DNA of 64,000 bases, from NCBI GenBank assembly GCA_034003345.1, contig JAVEYS010000001.1:70513-134512 (forward strand). Reading direction: 5' to 3'. Origin of the DNA: Bacteroidales bacterium (GTDB lineage Bacteria > Bacteroidota > Bacteroidia > Bacteroidales > VadinHA17). The translations under genes and the position numbers were made by a program. The notes beneath the pieces are model-generated. The model saw nothing but the letters and a program-made list of their open reading frames with translations, was not told where the DNA came from and searched no databases. Below, one piece after another: positions 63,966 to 64,000 of the stretch; position 1 is the stretch's first letter; every line of letters starts with the position of its first letter.

Positions 63966-64000
63966 ACCTGTATGCCACGGATAAAACTGTCATCTGGAAT

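Overview
This 64-kb window is a gene-dense chromosomal segment with about 60 protein genes and 2 tRNAs. I found no rRNA, CRISPR array, transposase or integrase. It reads as a Bacteroidota genome. Exact TAnnTTTG '-7' promoter boxes sit 15-65 nt upstream of many genes and both tRNAs, and the gene families are typical of the phylum (DUF2723, DUF3108, bactofilin plus AtpZ ahead of atpB, short ATP-synthase epsilon).

Gene order, left to right:
- FtsX/FtsX/ATPase ABC system, translationally coupled to an outer-membrane barrel gene.
- ICMT-type methyltransferase, YugP Zn-peptidase and yidD.
- Four-gene LytTR/LytS-type two-component module with a LiaF-like protein.
- yceD-rpmF-plsX-fabH.
- Bactofilin-AtpZ-AtpI-like-atpBEFHAG, then a polyprenyl synthase, then atpDC, then an aromatic amino-acid decarboxylase.
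- A 955-aa peptidase-MA/beta-propeller protein, divergent from a 1068-aa DUF2723 GT-C-like membrane protein.
- Orphan receiver, Cys-rich lipoprotein and ettA.
- Six-gene sulfur operon: Tat-exported Psr/Phs-type molybdoenzyme ABC, a split YeeE/YedE pair and an atypical rhodanese.
- tRNA-Arg(CCT) and an aldo/keto reductase.
- A 1131-aa esterase-SGNH-GH31 fusion plus a second esterase.
- HAD hydrolase, OMP-like genes, cvpA and tyrS.
- Wzz-like/O-antigen-ligase pair.
- A six-gene minus-strand string: tolC-macA-tsaB-DUF3108-efp-PP2C(GAF).
- fbaA, a small RHH-like ORF and a SiaC-like DUF1987 gene.
- tRNA-Gln(TTG) with a duplicated 3' end, then a GNAT.
- An 895-aa secreted protein with five tandem Cys-rich modules.

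The candidates I rate highest for something undescribed are:
- The rhodanese-like protein that lacks the catalytic Cys and ends in a SoxY-like '...GGC' tail, inside the Psr/YeeE operon.
- The 895-aa repeat protein.
- The tri-domain CAZyme.
- The att-like tRNA-Gln duplication.

All family calls rest on motifs read by eye. No database search was possible.
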